42,175 nucleotides of DNA from Candidatus Methylomirabilota bacterium (GCA_022614955.1 JAKEHP010000046.1:1-42175); one strand, 5' to 3'; positions 28,224 to 37,183 are shown, counted from the first letter of the stretch. Notes: a model not told the origin generated them from the letters alone. Translations and numbers: made by a program.

Positions 28224-30713
28224 ATGGCGAAAGGTCAAAGCAATTCGGCGCCTCTCCCCGGTGCCAAGGGCCCGGGCCCCTACGCGGCGGTGGCGCTCCC
28301 CCTCCCCCTTCCGGCTCCCCTCACCTACTCCATCCCCCCGGAGCTGGCGCCGGGCCTCCAGGCAGGCGTGCGGGTCCGGGTGCCGCTCGGGCGGCGCGAG
28401 GTCACCGGGTACGTGGTCGGATTCCCGGCCGAAGCCCCCCCCCCGCAGCTCCGGCCGATCTTGGAGGTTTTGGATGAGACCCCCGTCCTGGACGGGCATC
28501 TCCTCCAGCTCACCCGCTGGACTGCCGACTACTACTTCGCCCCGTGGGGGGAGGTCATCCGGGCCGCCCTCCCCCCGGGGCTCACCGCCCTCGCACGGCA
28601 GGTCATCCGGTTGACCCCAGGGACCACCGCCGCCGCCCTCCTCGCCGCAGACCGCTCGCCGGCGACGCAGCACCTCGCCACGCTCCTGACGCGCCGACCC
28701 GCCGTCCCGGTCCAGGCGCTGGCGCGCCGCCTCGGGCGCTCCGCCGCGCGCGCGTGCCTCGCCCGCCTCGCCCGCCGCGGCCTCCTCGAGGTGGAGCCGC
28801 TCCTGCCCACGCCCCGGGACCAGCCCCGCACCCTCCGGTGCTACGCCCTGGCGGTCCCCCCGGAGGAGGCCCGGCGCCAGGCTGAGACGCTCCGGGGCCG
28901 CGCCCCCCGCCAGGCCGAGATTCTGGAGCGCCTTCTACAAGCGGGCGGCGAGCTCCCCGTGAGAGAGCTTCGGCGGCGCGGCGGGACGCCGGCCGCCGAG
29001 CTGGCCCTCCTCCGTCGCGGACTGCTCAGCCCGCAGGCTCGGGAGGTGCGCCGGGACCTGCTGGCCGACTACCCCGTGGGGGCAGGGGAGAGCCCCCTCC
29101 CCCCCACCCCGGCGCAGGCCGAGGCGCTGGCCGCCACGGCCGCGGCGCAGCGGTCGGGCCGCTTCGCGGTCTTCCTCCTCTTCGGCGTGACGGGGAGCGG
29201 GAAGACCGAGGTCTACCTCCAGGCAATCGCCGGCGCGCTCGCGGCGGGCCGGCAGGCACTGGTTCTGGTCCCCGAGATCGCCCTGACCCCCGCGGCCACC
29301 GCCCACTTCGCCTCCCGCTTCGGCCGGCGCGTTGCCCTTCTCCACAGCGGCCTCCGCCCGGGGGAGCGCTTCGACGAGTGGCGGCGGATCCGGGCCGGGG
29401 AGGCCGACATCGTGGTCGGCGCCCGCTCCGCTGTCTTTGCGCCGCTCCCCCGCCTCGGCCTCCTCATCGTGGACGAGGAACAGGACGGGGCCTACAAGCA
29501 GGAGGAGGTACCCCGCTACCACGCGCGGGACGTGGCGATCATGCGGGCGCGCCTCCTCGGCTGCCCGGTTATCCTGGGGTCCGCCACCCCCGCGCTGGAG
29601 TCCTACGCCAACGCGGAGCAGGGGCGCTACCACCTCCTCACCCTGCCGGGGCGCCTCGGGGAGGCCCGCCTTCCCACGGTCCACGTCGTGGACATGCGCC
29701 AGGAGCTGACCCAGGCGGGGCGTCGTCCCCTCCTCTCCGCCCTGCTCCGGGAGCGGATGGGGGCCCACCTGGGGCGCGGTGGGCAGGTCCTCCTCCTGTT
29801 GAACCGGCGGGGCTACGCCGCCGCCCTCCTCTGCCGGGACTGCGGCCTGATCCTGCGCTGCCCCCGGTGCAGTGTCAGCCTGATCTGGCACGCCACGGTG
29901 GCCCGCGCCCTCTGCCACCACTGCGGGTACGCCCGCAAGGTGCCGGAGACCTGCCCGGAGTGCGGCGGGAGCCGGCTGCGCCACTTCGGCGTCGGGACCC
30001 AGCAGCTCGAGCGGGGGGTCCTGGAAGCCTATCCCGGGGCTCGGGTCGCCCGGATGGACCGGGACACCACGGTCGGGCCCGCGGGACATCGAGCCATCCT
30101 CTCCCGCCTGGCCGCGGGGTCTCTGGATGTCCTGGTCGGGACCCAGATGATCGCCAAGGGGCACGATTTCCCCGGCGTCACGCTGGTGGGGGTGCTCGCC
30201 GCCGACCTGACGCTGAACCTGCCAGATTTCCGGGCGGGGGAGCGGACCTTCGCCCTCCTCACCCAGATGGTCGGGCGCTCGGGGCGGGGCCGCGACCCCG
30301 GGGAGGGGATCATCCAGACCTTCGCCCCGGAGCACTACGCCATCCGCGCGGCCCTGGCGCAGGATTACCCCGCCTTCTACCAGGAGGAAGCGCCGCTTCG
30401 GCGGGCCCGCCGCCTCCCGCCCTTCACCCGCGCCGTGCGCCTGCTCTGCACCGCGCCAGCCGAGGTGAATGCCCGGGCCGCGGCCGAGCGCCTGGCCGGG
30501 CTTTTGCACGGGGTCCCGTCCGTGGAGGTGGACGGTCCGGCCCCTGCCCCCCTCCTGCGCCTCCGGGGCGTGTACCGATGGCACCTCCTTGTGAAGGGAG
30601 GGATGAGCAGCACGCTTCACCGGGCGGTCCGGGCGGCCCTCGCGGGCGGCCCCTCTCCGGGTCGCGCCGGCCTCAGGATCGAGGTGGACACTGATCCCCT
30701 GGACCTCTGGTAA
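28224..30713 (+). CDS. priA: Primosomal protein N' (replication restart helicase PriA)
   Basis: VALPLPLPAPLTYSIP...GVRVRVPLGRREVTGYVV, Walker A GVTGSGKT, DExx LIVDEEQD, and the Cys4-Cys4 zinc module CRDCG..CPRCS...CHHCG...CPECG. Start is uncertain. I prefer ATG 28224 over the track start 28185 because codons 28185-28223 have A/T-rich third positions. Confidence 0.9.
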   Translation: MAKGQSNSAPLPGAKGPGPYAAVALPLPLPAPLTYSIPPELAPGLQAGVRVRVPLGRREVTGYVVGFPAEAPPPQLRPILEVLDETPVLDGHLLQLTRWTADYYFAPWGEVIRAALPPGLTALARQVIRLTPGTTAAALLAADRSPATQHLATLLTRRPAVPVQALARRLGRSAARACLARLARRGLLEVEPLLPTPRDQPRTLRCYALAVPPEEARRQAETLRGRAPRQAEILERLLQAGGELPVRELRRRGGTPAAELALLRRGLLSPQAREVRRDLLADYPVGAGESPLPPTPAQAEALAATAAAQRSGRFAVFLLFGVTGSGKTEVYLQAIAGALAAGRQALVLVPEIALTPAATAHFASRFGRRVALLHSGLRPGERFDEWRRIRAGEADIVVGARSAVFAPLPRLGLLIVDEEQDGAYKQEEVPRYHARDVAIMRARLLGCPVILGSATPALESYANAEQGRYHLLTLPGRLGEARLPTVHVVDMRQELTQAGRRPLLSALLRERMGAHLGRGGQVLLLLNRRGYAAALLCRDCGLILRCPRCSVSLIWHATVARALCHHCGYARKVPETCPECGGSRLRHFGVGTQQLERGVLEAYPGARVARMDRDTTVGPAGHRAILSRLAAGSLDVLVGTQMIAKGHDFPGVTLVGVLAADLTLNLPDFRAGERTFALLTQMVGRSGRGRDPGEGIIQTFAPEHYAIRAALAQDYPAFYQEEAPLRRARRLPPFTRAVRLLCTAPAEVNARAAAERLAGLLHGVPSVEVDGPAPAPLLRLRGVYRWHLLVKGGMSSTLHRAVRAALAGGPSPGRAGLRIEVDTDPLDLW

Positions 30714-30749
30714 GGCCGCGGGGATGAAGGGATCCTGGCCCAGGTCGTG

Positions 30750-30777
30750 TTGACATTTGCCTTCTGTTTGGTATGAT
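30750..30777 (+). promoter_or_regulatory. Near-consensus sigma70 promoter, TTGACA-N16-(TGg)TATGAT
   Basis: Perfect -35, 5/6 -10 and an extended -10 TG, in a locally A/T-rich patch 84 nt upstream of ATG 30861. It is the best promoter match in the window. Confidence 0.6.
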
Positions 30778-30860
30778 GAATCGAATCTTACCCTGGGTGG
30801 AATCCGCGTGGCCCCGAGCCGCCACCCCCGGCGGAAGGTCCCGCCGGATCGGCGTGAGGC

Positions 30861-32417
30861 ATGGATAAGGATCCCACGCACCGACATCCCGCTCCTGATT
30901 CCCCAGACGGCCGCTTCCTCAGGGACCTGGAGGAGGGGATGATCGGCGTCAAGAAGACCGCCCGAGACCTGGCCTTCTACCCTCCGAGCCATCCCTCCCT
31001 TGTCCAGTCCCTCGACCGCGCGTGCCAAGCGCTCCTCGGACTGCTCACCCGTGAATCTCCCCTGACCATCACGGTGAGCCGCGACAGCCTCCAGTACGGG
31101 AAGGCACCCCTGGGGAAGGATAACCCCGTCCTCCAGCAGCTCGCCGCCGACCTCCACACCCGCCAGATCCAGCGGATCCTCTTCGGCCCGGGGCTGGGGC
31201 CGGCGGATGTTCGGGGGTTCCTGGAGATGCTCGCGATGGACCCGAAGCGGCTGATGGAGGAGGGGGGGCCGGCCAGGGTGCTGCAGACGAAGGGGGTCGC
31301 GCAGCTGCAGATCACGGAGCTGGAGTTGCACTTCGAGGACGAGCCGGAGGCGGTGTCCCGTGTCGCAGAGCTCGAGCCCGAACCGCCGCCCCCCGAGGAG
31401 GCGCCGACGCTCGAGAGCCTCCTGAACCGCCTGGAAGAGGCCACCAGCATCGCGACCTACCAGCCGACGGCGGCCCGCCTCCTGGAGTGGGGCCAGACAG
31501 CCCGCACCGGCAACGACGTGGAGAGCTTCGTCCGGATCCTCTCCGCCTTCGTCTTCCACACCCACCCGCAGAGCGTGAAGCCGCCGTGGGTCCGGCCTGA
31601 GGCGGAGCAGGCCATCGCCACCCTGGGGGATCCCTCGGGCATCGCCTACATCATCGGGAAGCTCTGCGAGAAGGACTGCGCGCTCGACGACGATCTCATC
31701 TTCCTCCTGGTCTCGCTGGGGGATGCAGCCGTCCCGCCTCTCCTGGAGCGGCTCGCCGAGGAGGAGTCCCTCTCGGCTCGGCGCAAGCTGATGGGCACCC
31801 TCTCCCGCCTGGGCCCGGTCGCGCTGCCCCGCCTGGTGGCCGGGCTGAAGGACAGTCGCTGGTACGTGGTCCGAAACCTGGTTCTGGTCCTGGGGACGAT
31901 TGGCCTGCCAGAGGCCGTGCCACCGCTTCGCCCGGCCCTCGCTCACGCGGATCCCCGCGTCCGGAAGGAGGCGGTCAAGGCCCTAACTCGCATCGGAACT
32001 GCCGCCGCGGCCGACGCCCTCCTGCAGCGCTTGGGAGACCCCGACCTCGGCGTGCGGCAGAGCGTGATCGCCGCCCTGGGCACCCTCAAGGTCACCCGGG
32101 CCATCGGCCCGCTGGCCGAGGTGGCGCGCCAGTTCTCCGTCTTCGCCAAGGAAGTAAACACCCAGAAGGCCGCCATCATGGCCCTGGGTGCCATCGGGGA
32201 CCCCCAAGCGGTCCCGGTGCTCGTTGGGCTCCTCCGCCGGCGGACCTGGCTGAACCGGCGCCTGAACGAGGAGGTCCGGGTGGCCGCAGCCGCGGGGCTG
32301 GGGACGGTCGGGACCGAGCCGGCCACGGAAGCCCTCCTGGCGGAGGCCAAGCGGGGGGAGGGTGCCGTCCCCCACGCCTGCCAAGTAGCCCTGGAGCGTC
32401 TGATGGGGGCACGGTGA
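30861..32417 (+). CDS. HEAT-repeat protein with N-terminal module homologous to that of the downstream HD-GYP protein
   Basis: 518 aa. The C-terminal half consists of PBS-lyase-type HEAT repeats (DSRWYVVRNLVLVLGTIG, DPRVRKEAVKALTRIG, DPDLGVRQSVIAALGTL, ...). An alternative start is ATG 30939 (MIGVKK), directly after GGAGGAGGGG. Confidence 0.75.
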   Translation: MDKDPTHRHPAPDSPDGRFLRDLEEGMIGVKKTARDLAFYPPSHPSLVQSLDRACQALLGLLTRESPLTITVSRDSLQYGKAPLGKDNPVLQQLAADLHTRQIQRILFGPGLGPADVRGFLEMLAMDPKRLMEEGGPARVLQTKGVAQLQITELELHFEDEPEAVSRVAELEPEPPPPEEAPTLESLLNRLEEATSIATYQPTAARLLEWGQTARTGNDVESFVRILSAFVFHTHPQSVKPPWVRPEAEQAIATLGDPSGIAYIIGKLCEKDCALDDDLIFLLVSLGDAAVPPLLERLAEEESLSARRKLMGTLSRLGPVALPRLVAGLKDSRWYVVRNLVLVLGTIGLPEAVPPLRPALAHADPRVRKEAVKALTRIGTAAAADALLQRLGDPDLGVRQSVIAALGTLKVTRAIGPLAEVARQFSVFAKEVNTQKAAIMALGAIGDPQAVPVLVGLLRRRTWLNRRLNEEVRVAAAAGLGTVGTEPATEALLAEAKRGEGAVPHACQVALERLMGAR

Positions 32418-32424
32418 GGGTGGC

Positions 32425-33846
32425 GTGAGCCCGGGCTGGACGGAGCAGGTGGAGACCTTCGTGCGGAGCGTGAACGCCGCGCTTCGGGGCCTCGCCCTTT
32501 ACCCGGCCAGCCACCCAGCAGCGGGGAAGTTCTTCGAGAAAGTGGGGGAGGCCCTCGGCCCCCTCCTCAGCGACGCCGACCGCTTCACCGTGAGCGTCCT
32601 GGACGGCGACCTGGTGGTGAAGGGGGCGCCGATCCTGGGGGGCCCGGACGTGCACCGGGGGTTGGCGGAGCGCCTGGTGGCGCGGGGGGTCGGGTCCCTG
32701 ACGCTCCTCCGGGGCGTCACCGCGGCCGACCTCCAGCGCCTCCTCCAGTGCCTCACGCAGGATGTGGCCAGCCTGCAGCAGGCGGGGGGCATCGGGGCGG
32801 TCCTCGCGCGGGACGGGGTGACCCGGATCCAGGTGACGGGGCCGACTACGGTTCAGGAGCCGGGAGAGGAGTCGGAGGCCCTCGACCTCCTCCAGTCGCG
32901 CCTCATCTACAACAACGCCCGCAACGCCTCGCTGAAGGTCTTCGAGGAGGCGCGCCTGGGGCGGGTCCCCTCCAGCGGCGAGGTGAAGGCGACGGTCCAG
33001 GGGATGGTGGACGGGGTCCTGAAGTCCCGCCACTCCCTCCTGGCCCTCACGATGATGAAGTCCTACGACGAGTACCTCTTCAACCACTCCGTGAACGTCG
33101 GGATCCTCTCCATCGCCCTGGGCAGGCATCTGGGGTACAGCGGGGAGGTGCTCTACGATCTGGGGGTCGGGGCCTTCCTGCACGATCTGGGCAAGGTGAG
33201 CTGGCCGGATGCGATCTACAACAAGCCGCGCGACCTGTCCGAAGAGGAGTGGCGGATCGTCAAGAGCCACCCCGAGGAGGGGGTGAAGCTCACCTCCCGG
33301 ATGGAGGGGATCTCCCCGGTCTCCCTCCGGCCGGTCCTGGAGCACCACATGCGCCACGACCGGACCGGCTACCCCCTGCCAGCCCCGGACTACCAGATCC
33401 ACCCCTTCGGGATGATCGTGCAGACCGCCGACGTCTATGACGCCATTACCACAGCCCGCCCCTACCAGACTGCCATGGAGCCGACCCGGGCCATCGCCCG
33501 CATGAAGGAGCTCGCGGCGACGGTATTCGACCCGGCCGTGCTGGAGAAGTTCATCGAGATGCTGGGGATCTACCCGGCCGGCACCGTGGTCCGCCTGGAC
33601 ACGGGAGAGCTTGCGCTGGTCCTGCGCCCGAACCGGGAGGACTCCGCGCGGCCCGTGCTGCGGATCCTGCGGGATCCGGCGGGGAACGACGTCCCGGAGA
33701 AGCGCGAGGTGGACCTGCTGGAGAAGGACCCGGCCACCGGCGCCTACCGGCGCTCGATCCTGGTCGCCGTGGACCCGGCCAGCAAGGGGATCGACGTCTC
33801 CCAGTGGATGGTCGAGGAGTCGCAGGGGGGGAAGAAGGCAGGCTGA
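32425..33846 (+). CDS. HD-GYP domain c-di-GMP phosphodiesterase-type protein
   Basis: 473 aa with a GTG start 7 nt after the upstream stop. HD-GYP residues: NHSVNV, FLHDLGK, HPEEG, EHHMRHDRTGYP and ADVYDA. The N-terminal ~130 aa is paralogous to the preceding gene. Confidence 0.88.
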   Translation: MSPGWTEQVETFVRSVNAALRGLALYPASHPAAGKFFEKVGEALGPLLSDADRFTVSVLDGDLVVKGAPILGGPDVHRGLAERLVARGVGSLTLLRGVTAADLQRLLQCLTQDVASLQQAGGIGAVLARDGVTRIQVTGPTTVQEPGEESEALDLLQSRLIYNNARNASLKVFEEARLGRVPSSGEVKATVQGMVDGVLKSRHSLLALTMMKSYDEYLFNHSVNVGILSIALGRHLGYSGEVLYDLGVGAFLHDLGKVSWPDAIYNKPRDLSEEEWRIVKSHPEEGVKLTSRMEGISPVSLRPVLEHHMRHDRTGYPLPAPDYQIHPFGMIVQTADVYDAITTARPYQTAMEPTRAIARMKELAATVFDPAVLEKFIEMLGIYPAGTVVRLDTGELALVLRPNREDSARPVLRILRDPAGNDVPEKREVDLLEKDPATGAYRRSILVAVDPASKGIDVSQWMVEESQGGKKAG

Positions 33847-33894
33847 GGAGCGGCGCAGGGAACGCGCGGGGAGAGGAACGTCGGGAGGCGGCGC

Positions 33895-34485
33895 CTATCG
33901 AACGGTGTCTGCGGAGTGGAGGGCGATCTCGCCGATCGCCCAGGCCACCCGCCGCCGCACAAGCGCCTCGGGATCCAGCAAGCGGGCAACCAGGTCCGGC
34001 AGGACCTGCGGGTCGCCCAGCTTCCCCAGGGCCTCCGCGGCCGCCTCGCGGACATCGGCGGAGGACTCCTGCAACAGCGGCCGCAGGACCGCCAGCAGGC
34101 GGCCGTCGCGGAAGTCGCCCAGCGCCCGCACCGCCACCACCCGGACATCCAGATCGGGGTCGTCCAGGATCTCCGTGAGGGGACCGAGGAGGCGCGGGTC
34201 CCGGGCCGCCCTCAGGATCTTGACGGCGCCCGCCCGAACCTCCTTGAGAGGGGAGCGGAGGGCCGCCACGACGGCGGAGAGGGCCCGGGGCGCCCCCAGC
34301 TCCCCGAGGGCGTGCAGCGCCCCGAGCGCCTGGGGCGCGGTCCCGGCCTCGAGGGCCCGGGTCAGCCGCTCGAGACCCGCGAGGCTCTCGAGCCGCTCCA
34401 GCGCCTCGGCGGCGGCGCGGCGCACCTCGGCGTCGGCATCCTGCAGGGCCTCCGTCAGGGCCTGGCGAGCGGCAGGGACAGCCAT
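33895..34485 (-). CDS. HEAT-repeat protein (small)
   Basis: The C-terminal 196 codons of the 412-aa track ORF, from ATG 34485 (MAVPAARQALTEALQDADAEVRRAAAEALERL...). About five or six HEAT-like repeats (DPDLDVRVVAVRALG, SADVREAAAEALGKLG, DPEALVRRRVAWAIG). The upstream track residues are antisense of the methyltransferase gene. Confidence 0.7.
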   Translation of the reverse strand: MAVPAARQALTEALQDADAEVRRAAAEALERLESLAGLERLTRALEAGTAPQALGALHALGELGAPRALSAVVAALRSPLKEVRAGAVKILRAARDPRLLGPLTEILDDPDLDVRVVAVRALGDFRDGRLLAVLRPLLQESSADVREAAAEALGKLGDPQVLPDLVARLLDPEALVRRRVAWAIGEIALHSADTVR

Positions 34486-34533
34486 GGCGGCGCCAGCGTA
34501 CGGGAACCTCCCGGCGGGTGTCAAGGGGCGCGG

Positions 34534-35310
34534 ATGGTCGCGGGGAGCGCATCGGTCCAGGATGAGGAGACCACGACCCTCCTCGGGACCGGTCTGAAGA
34601 TCATCCAGGCCCGGCGCGGCTACCGGTACTCGGTGGACAGCATCCTGGTGGCGCACGCGGCCGACCCGAAGCCGGGAGAGCGGATCCTGGACCTGGGGGC
34701 GGGGACGGGGGCGGTCACCCTCCTCCTGGCGGCCAAGGCCCCCGCCTGCCGCATCGTCGGCCTGGAGGTTCAGGAGGCCATGGCCGATCGGGCCCGGCGG
34801 GCCATCCGCCTGAACGGCTGCGAGGGCTGGGTTGAGATCGTCACCGGCGACCTCCGCCGTCCCGCAGCCTCCCTCGCGCGCGGCGCTTTCGACCTGGTGG
34901 TGAGCGCCCCGCCCTACTGGCCCGCGGGCAGCGGTCTGATCAGTGCGGTGCATGAAGTTGCGGCGGCGAAGCATGAGATCCTCTGCACCCTGGAGGAGGT
35001 GGTGGGGACCGCCGCGTACGCCCTGGCCCCCCGGGGGCGCCTCTGGATCATCCACCATGCCGCCCGGCTGATGGACCTCACGGCGGCGCTGGAGACGCAC
35101 GGGCTCAGCCTCATCCAGCTCCGCCCGGTCCACTCCCGGGCCGAGGGCCCAGCCACCTTCATCCTGGCCCGGGCGGAGCGAGGGGGGAGGCCGCGGCTCA
35201 CCCTCCTCCCCCCCCTCACCCTCTACAGCGGGCCGGGGCGCACCTTCTCGCCCGCTTTGCAGGCCATCTACGCCGCCTTCGGGCGCCCGCCGCGGGAGGC
35301 GAGCGCATGA
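34534..35310 (+). CDS. Class I SAM-dependent methyltransferase, TrmN6/YfiC-like (N6-adenine type)
   Basis: The last 258 codons of the 464-aa track ORF. GYRYSVDSILVA, motif I ILDLGAGTGAVTLLLA and motif IV VVSAPPYW. ATG 34534 follows AAGGGG. The upstream track residues are antisense of the small HEAT gene. Confidence 0.75.
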   Translation: MVAGSASVQDEETTTLLGTGLKIIQARRGYRYSVDSILVAHAADPKPGERILDLGAGTGAVTLLLAAKAPACRIVGLEVQEAMADRARRAIRLNGCEGWVEIVTGDLRRPAASLARGAFDLVVSAPPYWPAGSGLISAVHEVAAAKHEILCTLEEVVGTAAYALAPRGRLWIIHHAARLMDLTAALETHGLSLIQLRPVHSRAEGPATFILARAERGGRPRLTLLPPLTLYSGPGRTFSPALQAIYAAFGRPPREASA

Positions 35311-36176
35311 CGGAGCGCATCTCCCTGGCCATCGCCCAGATGCAGCCCCACCTCGGGGACCTGGAGCGGAACATCGCCCTGCACGAGAAGCTCATCCAGG
35401 AGGCGGAGCGGGGCGGGGCGCGCCTCGTGCTCTTCCCGGAGCTGAGCCTGACCGGCTACTTTCTCAAGGACCTGGTCCCGGCGGTGGCGCTGCGGGTGAC
35501 CGACCGGCGCCTGGACTGGCTGCGGGCGAAGAGCCGCGACGTGGCTCTGGTGGTCGGCTTCGTCGAGGAGTCCCCCGACTTCCGCTACTACAATGCGGCC
35601 CTGTACCTTGAGGGAGGGGAGGTCCGCCACGTCCACCGGAAGGTGTACCTCCCCACCTACGGCATCTTCGACGAGCAGCGCTACTTCGCCCAGGGGGATC
35701 GGGTCGCCGCCTTCGACTCCGCCTTCGGCCGGATGGCGCTCCTCATCTGCGAGGACATGTGGCACCCCGCCCTCCCCTACCTGGCGGTCCTGGACGGGGC
35801 CCAGGTCCTCCTGGCCGTCTCCAACAGCCCCGGGCGGGGGCTCACCGCGGACGGCCGCTTCGCGAACGCCATCGGCTGGCACCACCTGAACCGGACCTAC
35901 GCCCAGCTCTTCACCTGCGCCGTAGCCTTTGCCCACCGGGTGGGCTACGAGGACGGGGCCTGCTTCTGGGGCTCCTCGGAGGTCCTGGGGCCGGACGGGA
36001 CGCCGCTCGCCCAGGCCCCGGCCCTGGAGGAGGCCCTCCTCTTCGCCACCATTGACCAGGATGCCATCCGCCGCGAGCGCCTGGCGAACCCGCTCCTGCG
36101 GGACGAGCGGCCCGAGCTGACGCTCCGGATCCTGAAGCGGATCCTGGGGGAGACGCCGGGGGAGGAGGCGCCGTGA
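35307..36176 (+). CDS. Carbon-nitrogen hydrolase family protein (probable glutaminase partner of NadE)
   Basis: 289 aa. Glu-Lys-Cys triad context: [19 protein letters not shown] and [15 protein letters not shown] overlap with the upstream gene and GTGA overlap with nadE downstream. Confidence 0.85.
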   Translation: MTERISLAIAQMQPHLGDLERNIALHEKLIQEAERGGARLVLFPELSLTGYFLKDLVPAVALRVTDRRLDWLRAKSRDVALVVGFVEESPDFRYYNAALYLEGGEVRHVHRKVYLPTYGIFDEQRYFAQGDRVAAFDSAFGRMALLICEDMWHPALPYLAVLDGAQVLLAVSNSPGRGLTADGRFANAIGWHHLNRTYAQLFTCAVAFAHRVGYEDGACFWGSSEVLGPDGTPLAQAPALEEALLFATIDQDAIRRERLANPLLRDERPELTLRILKRILGETPGEEAP

Positions 36177-37006
36177 GCACCGGCATGCTCCCCCTCGCCC
36201 TGGATTACGCGGCCGCGGCCCAGGTCCTGACCGCCTTCGTCGAGGACGAGGTCCGCAAGTCCGGGTTCGGCCGGGTCGTGGTGGGCCTGTCGGGCGGGGT
36301 GGACTCCGCCACCGCTGCCGCCCTCGCGAGCAAGGCGCTCGGCCCCGGCAACGTCTGGGGGCTCCTGCTCCCCTACCGGGAGAGCAGCCAGGAGAGCCGG
36401 GAACACGCGGCGCTTGTCACCCGGTGGCTGGGGATCAACTCCGAAACCATCGAGATCACCCCGATGATTGACGCCTACTTCGCCCGGGGGCCGGAGGCGG
36501 ACCGGATGCGCCGGGGGAACAAGATGGCCCGGGAGCGGATGACCATCCTCTACGATTACTCGGCGAAGCTCCGGGCCCTCGTCCTCGGAACCAGCAACAA
36601 GACCGAACTGCTCCTGGGCTACGGGACCCTGTACGGAGATATGGCCTCCGCCCTGAACCCCCTCGGGGACCTCTACAAGACCCACGTCCGGGGCCTCGCC
36701 CGGCACCTGGGGGTCCCGGCCGCCATCGTGGAAAAGGCGCCCAGCGCCGACCTGTGGGCGGGGCAGACGGACGAGGCCGAGCTGGGCTTCACCTACGAGG
36801 AGGTGGATCGCCTCCTCTTCCATATGGTTGACCTCCGCTACGACACGGCCGCGCTCCTGGCGGCGGGGTTCGACGAGCGGTTCGTGCGGGCCGTGGCGGA
36901 GCGGGTACGCGCCTCCCAGTACAAGCGGCGGCTTCCGGTCATCGCCAAAATCTCGCGGCGGACCATTGACCGGGACTTCCGCTACCCACGCGACTGGGGA
37001 CTGTAG
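36173..37006 (+). CDS. nadE: NAD+ synthetase (synthetase domain only)
   Basis: 277 aa. PP-loop [16 protein letters not shown], plus [30 protein letters not shown] and PSADLW. Confidence 0.92.
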   Translation: MSTGMLPLALDYAAAAQVLTAFVEDEVRKSGFGRVVVGLSGGVDSATAAALASKALGPGNVWGLLLPYRESSQESREHAALVTRWLGINSETIEITPMIDAYFARGPEADRMRRGNKMARERMTILYDYSAKLRALVLGTSNKTELLLGYGTLYGDMASALNPLGDLYKTHVRGLARHLGVPAAIVEKAPSADLWAGQTDEAELGFTYEEVDRLLFHMVDLRYDTAALLAAGFDERFVRAVAERVRASQYKRRLPVIAKISRRTIDRDFRYPRDWGL

Positions 37007-37058
37007 CCGCCCGGGCTGACGCCTGCACCGCCGGCTCCGGCCCGACGAACGTCACCCC

Positions 37059-37169
37059 ATGACCTGCCCCGGCTGCAACGGGACCGGCTCCTTCCAGATC
37101 CGCACCGGCAGCGGCACCTGGATAACGGTGAAGTGCATGCAGTGCCGCGGCACCGGGCGCGTCCCCTGA
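37059..37169 (+). CDS. Small ORF (36 aa): stand-alone DnaJ-type zinc-finger hairpin
   Basis: Not in the ORF track. The ATG..TGA ORF encodes MTCPGCNGTGSFQIRTGSGTWITVKCMQCRGTGRVP, which has two CxxCxGxG motifs 15 residues apart, as in the DnaJ Cys-rich domain. 35 of 36 codons end in G/C, like real genes here. No obvious SD. Confidence 0.5.
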   Translation: MTCPGCNGTGSFQIRTGSGTWITVKCMQCRGTGRVP

Positions 37170-37183
37170 GACTCTCTTCGCCC

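Noticed and set aside
28935-31946. 1003-aa minus-strand ORF antisense to priA and the HEAT gene. Similar long shadow ORFs: 6768-8501 (-), 24843-27242 (-), 23336-25201 (-), 39762-41270 (+), 4886-6154 (+), 15004-16356 (+), 17563-18705 (+), 19153-20211 (+), 21730-22956 (-), 32176-33402 (-), 35945-36823 (-).
   Set aside because: Each lies opposite or out of frame to a gene with unmistakable family motifs. Their translations are Arg/Gly/Pro/Ala-rich low-complexity strings without any recognisable domain. Long stop-free antisense frames are expected at this G+C content.
33916-34533. N-terminal 206 residues of the 464-aa plus-strand track ORF, and residues 1-216 of the 412-aa minus-strand ORF 33895..35133
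   Set aside because: Each extension is antisense to the other gene's genuine domain (HEAT repeats versus the methyltransferase). The homology-bearing parts start at 34534 (+) and 34485 (-).
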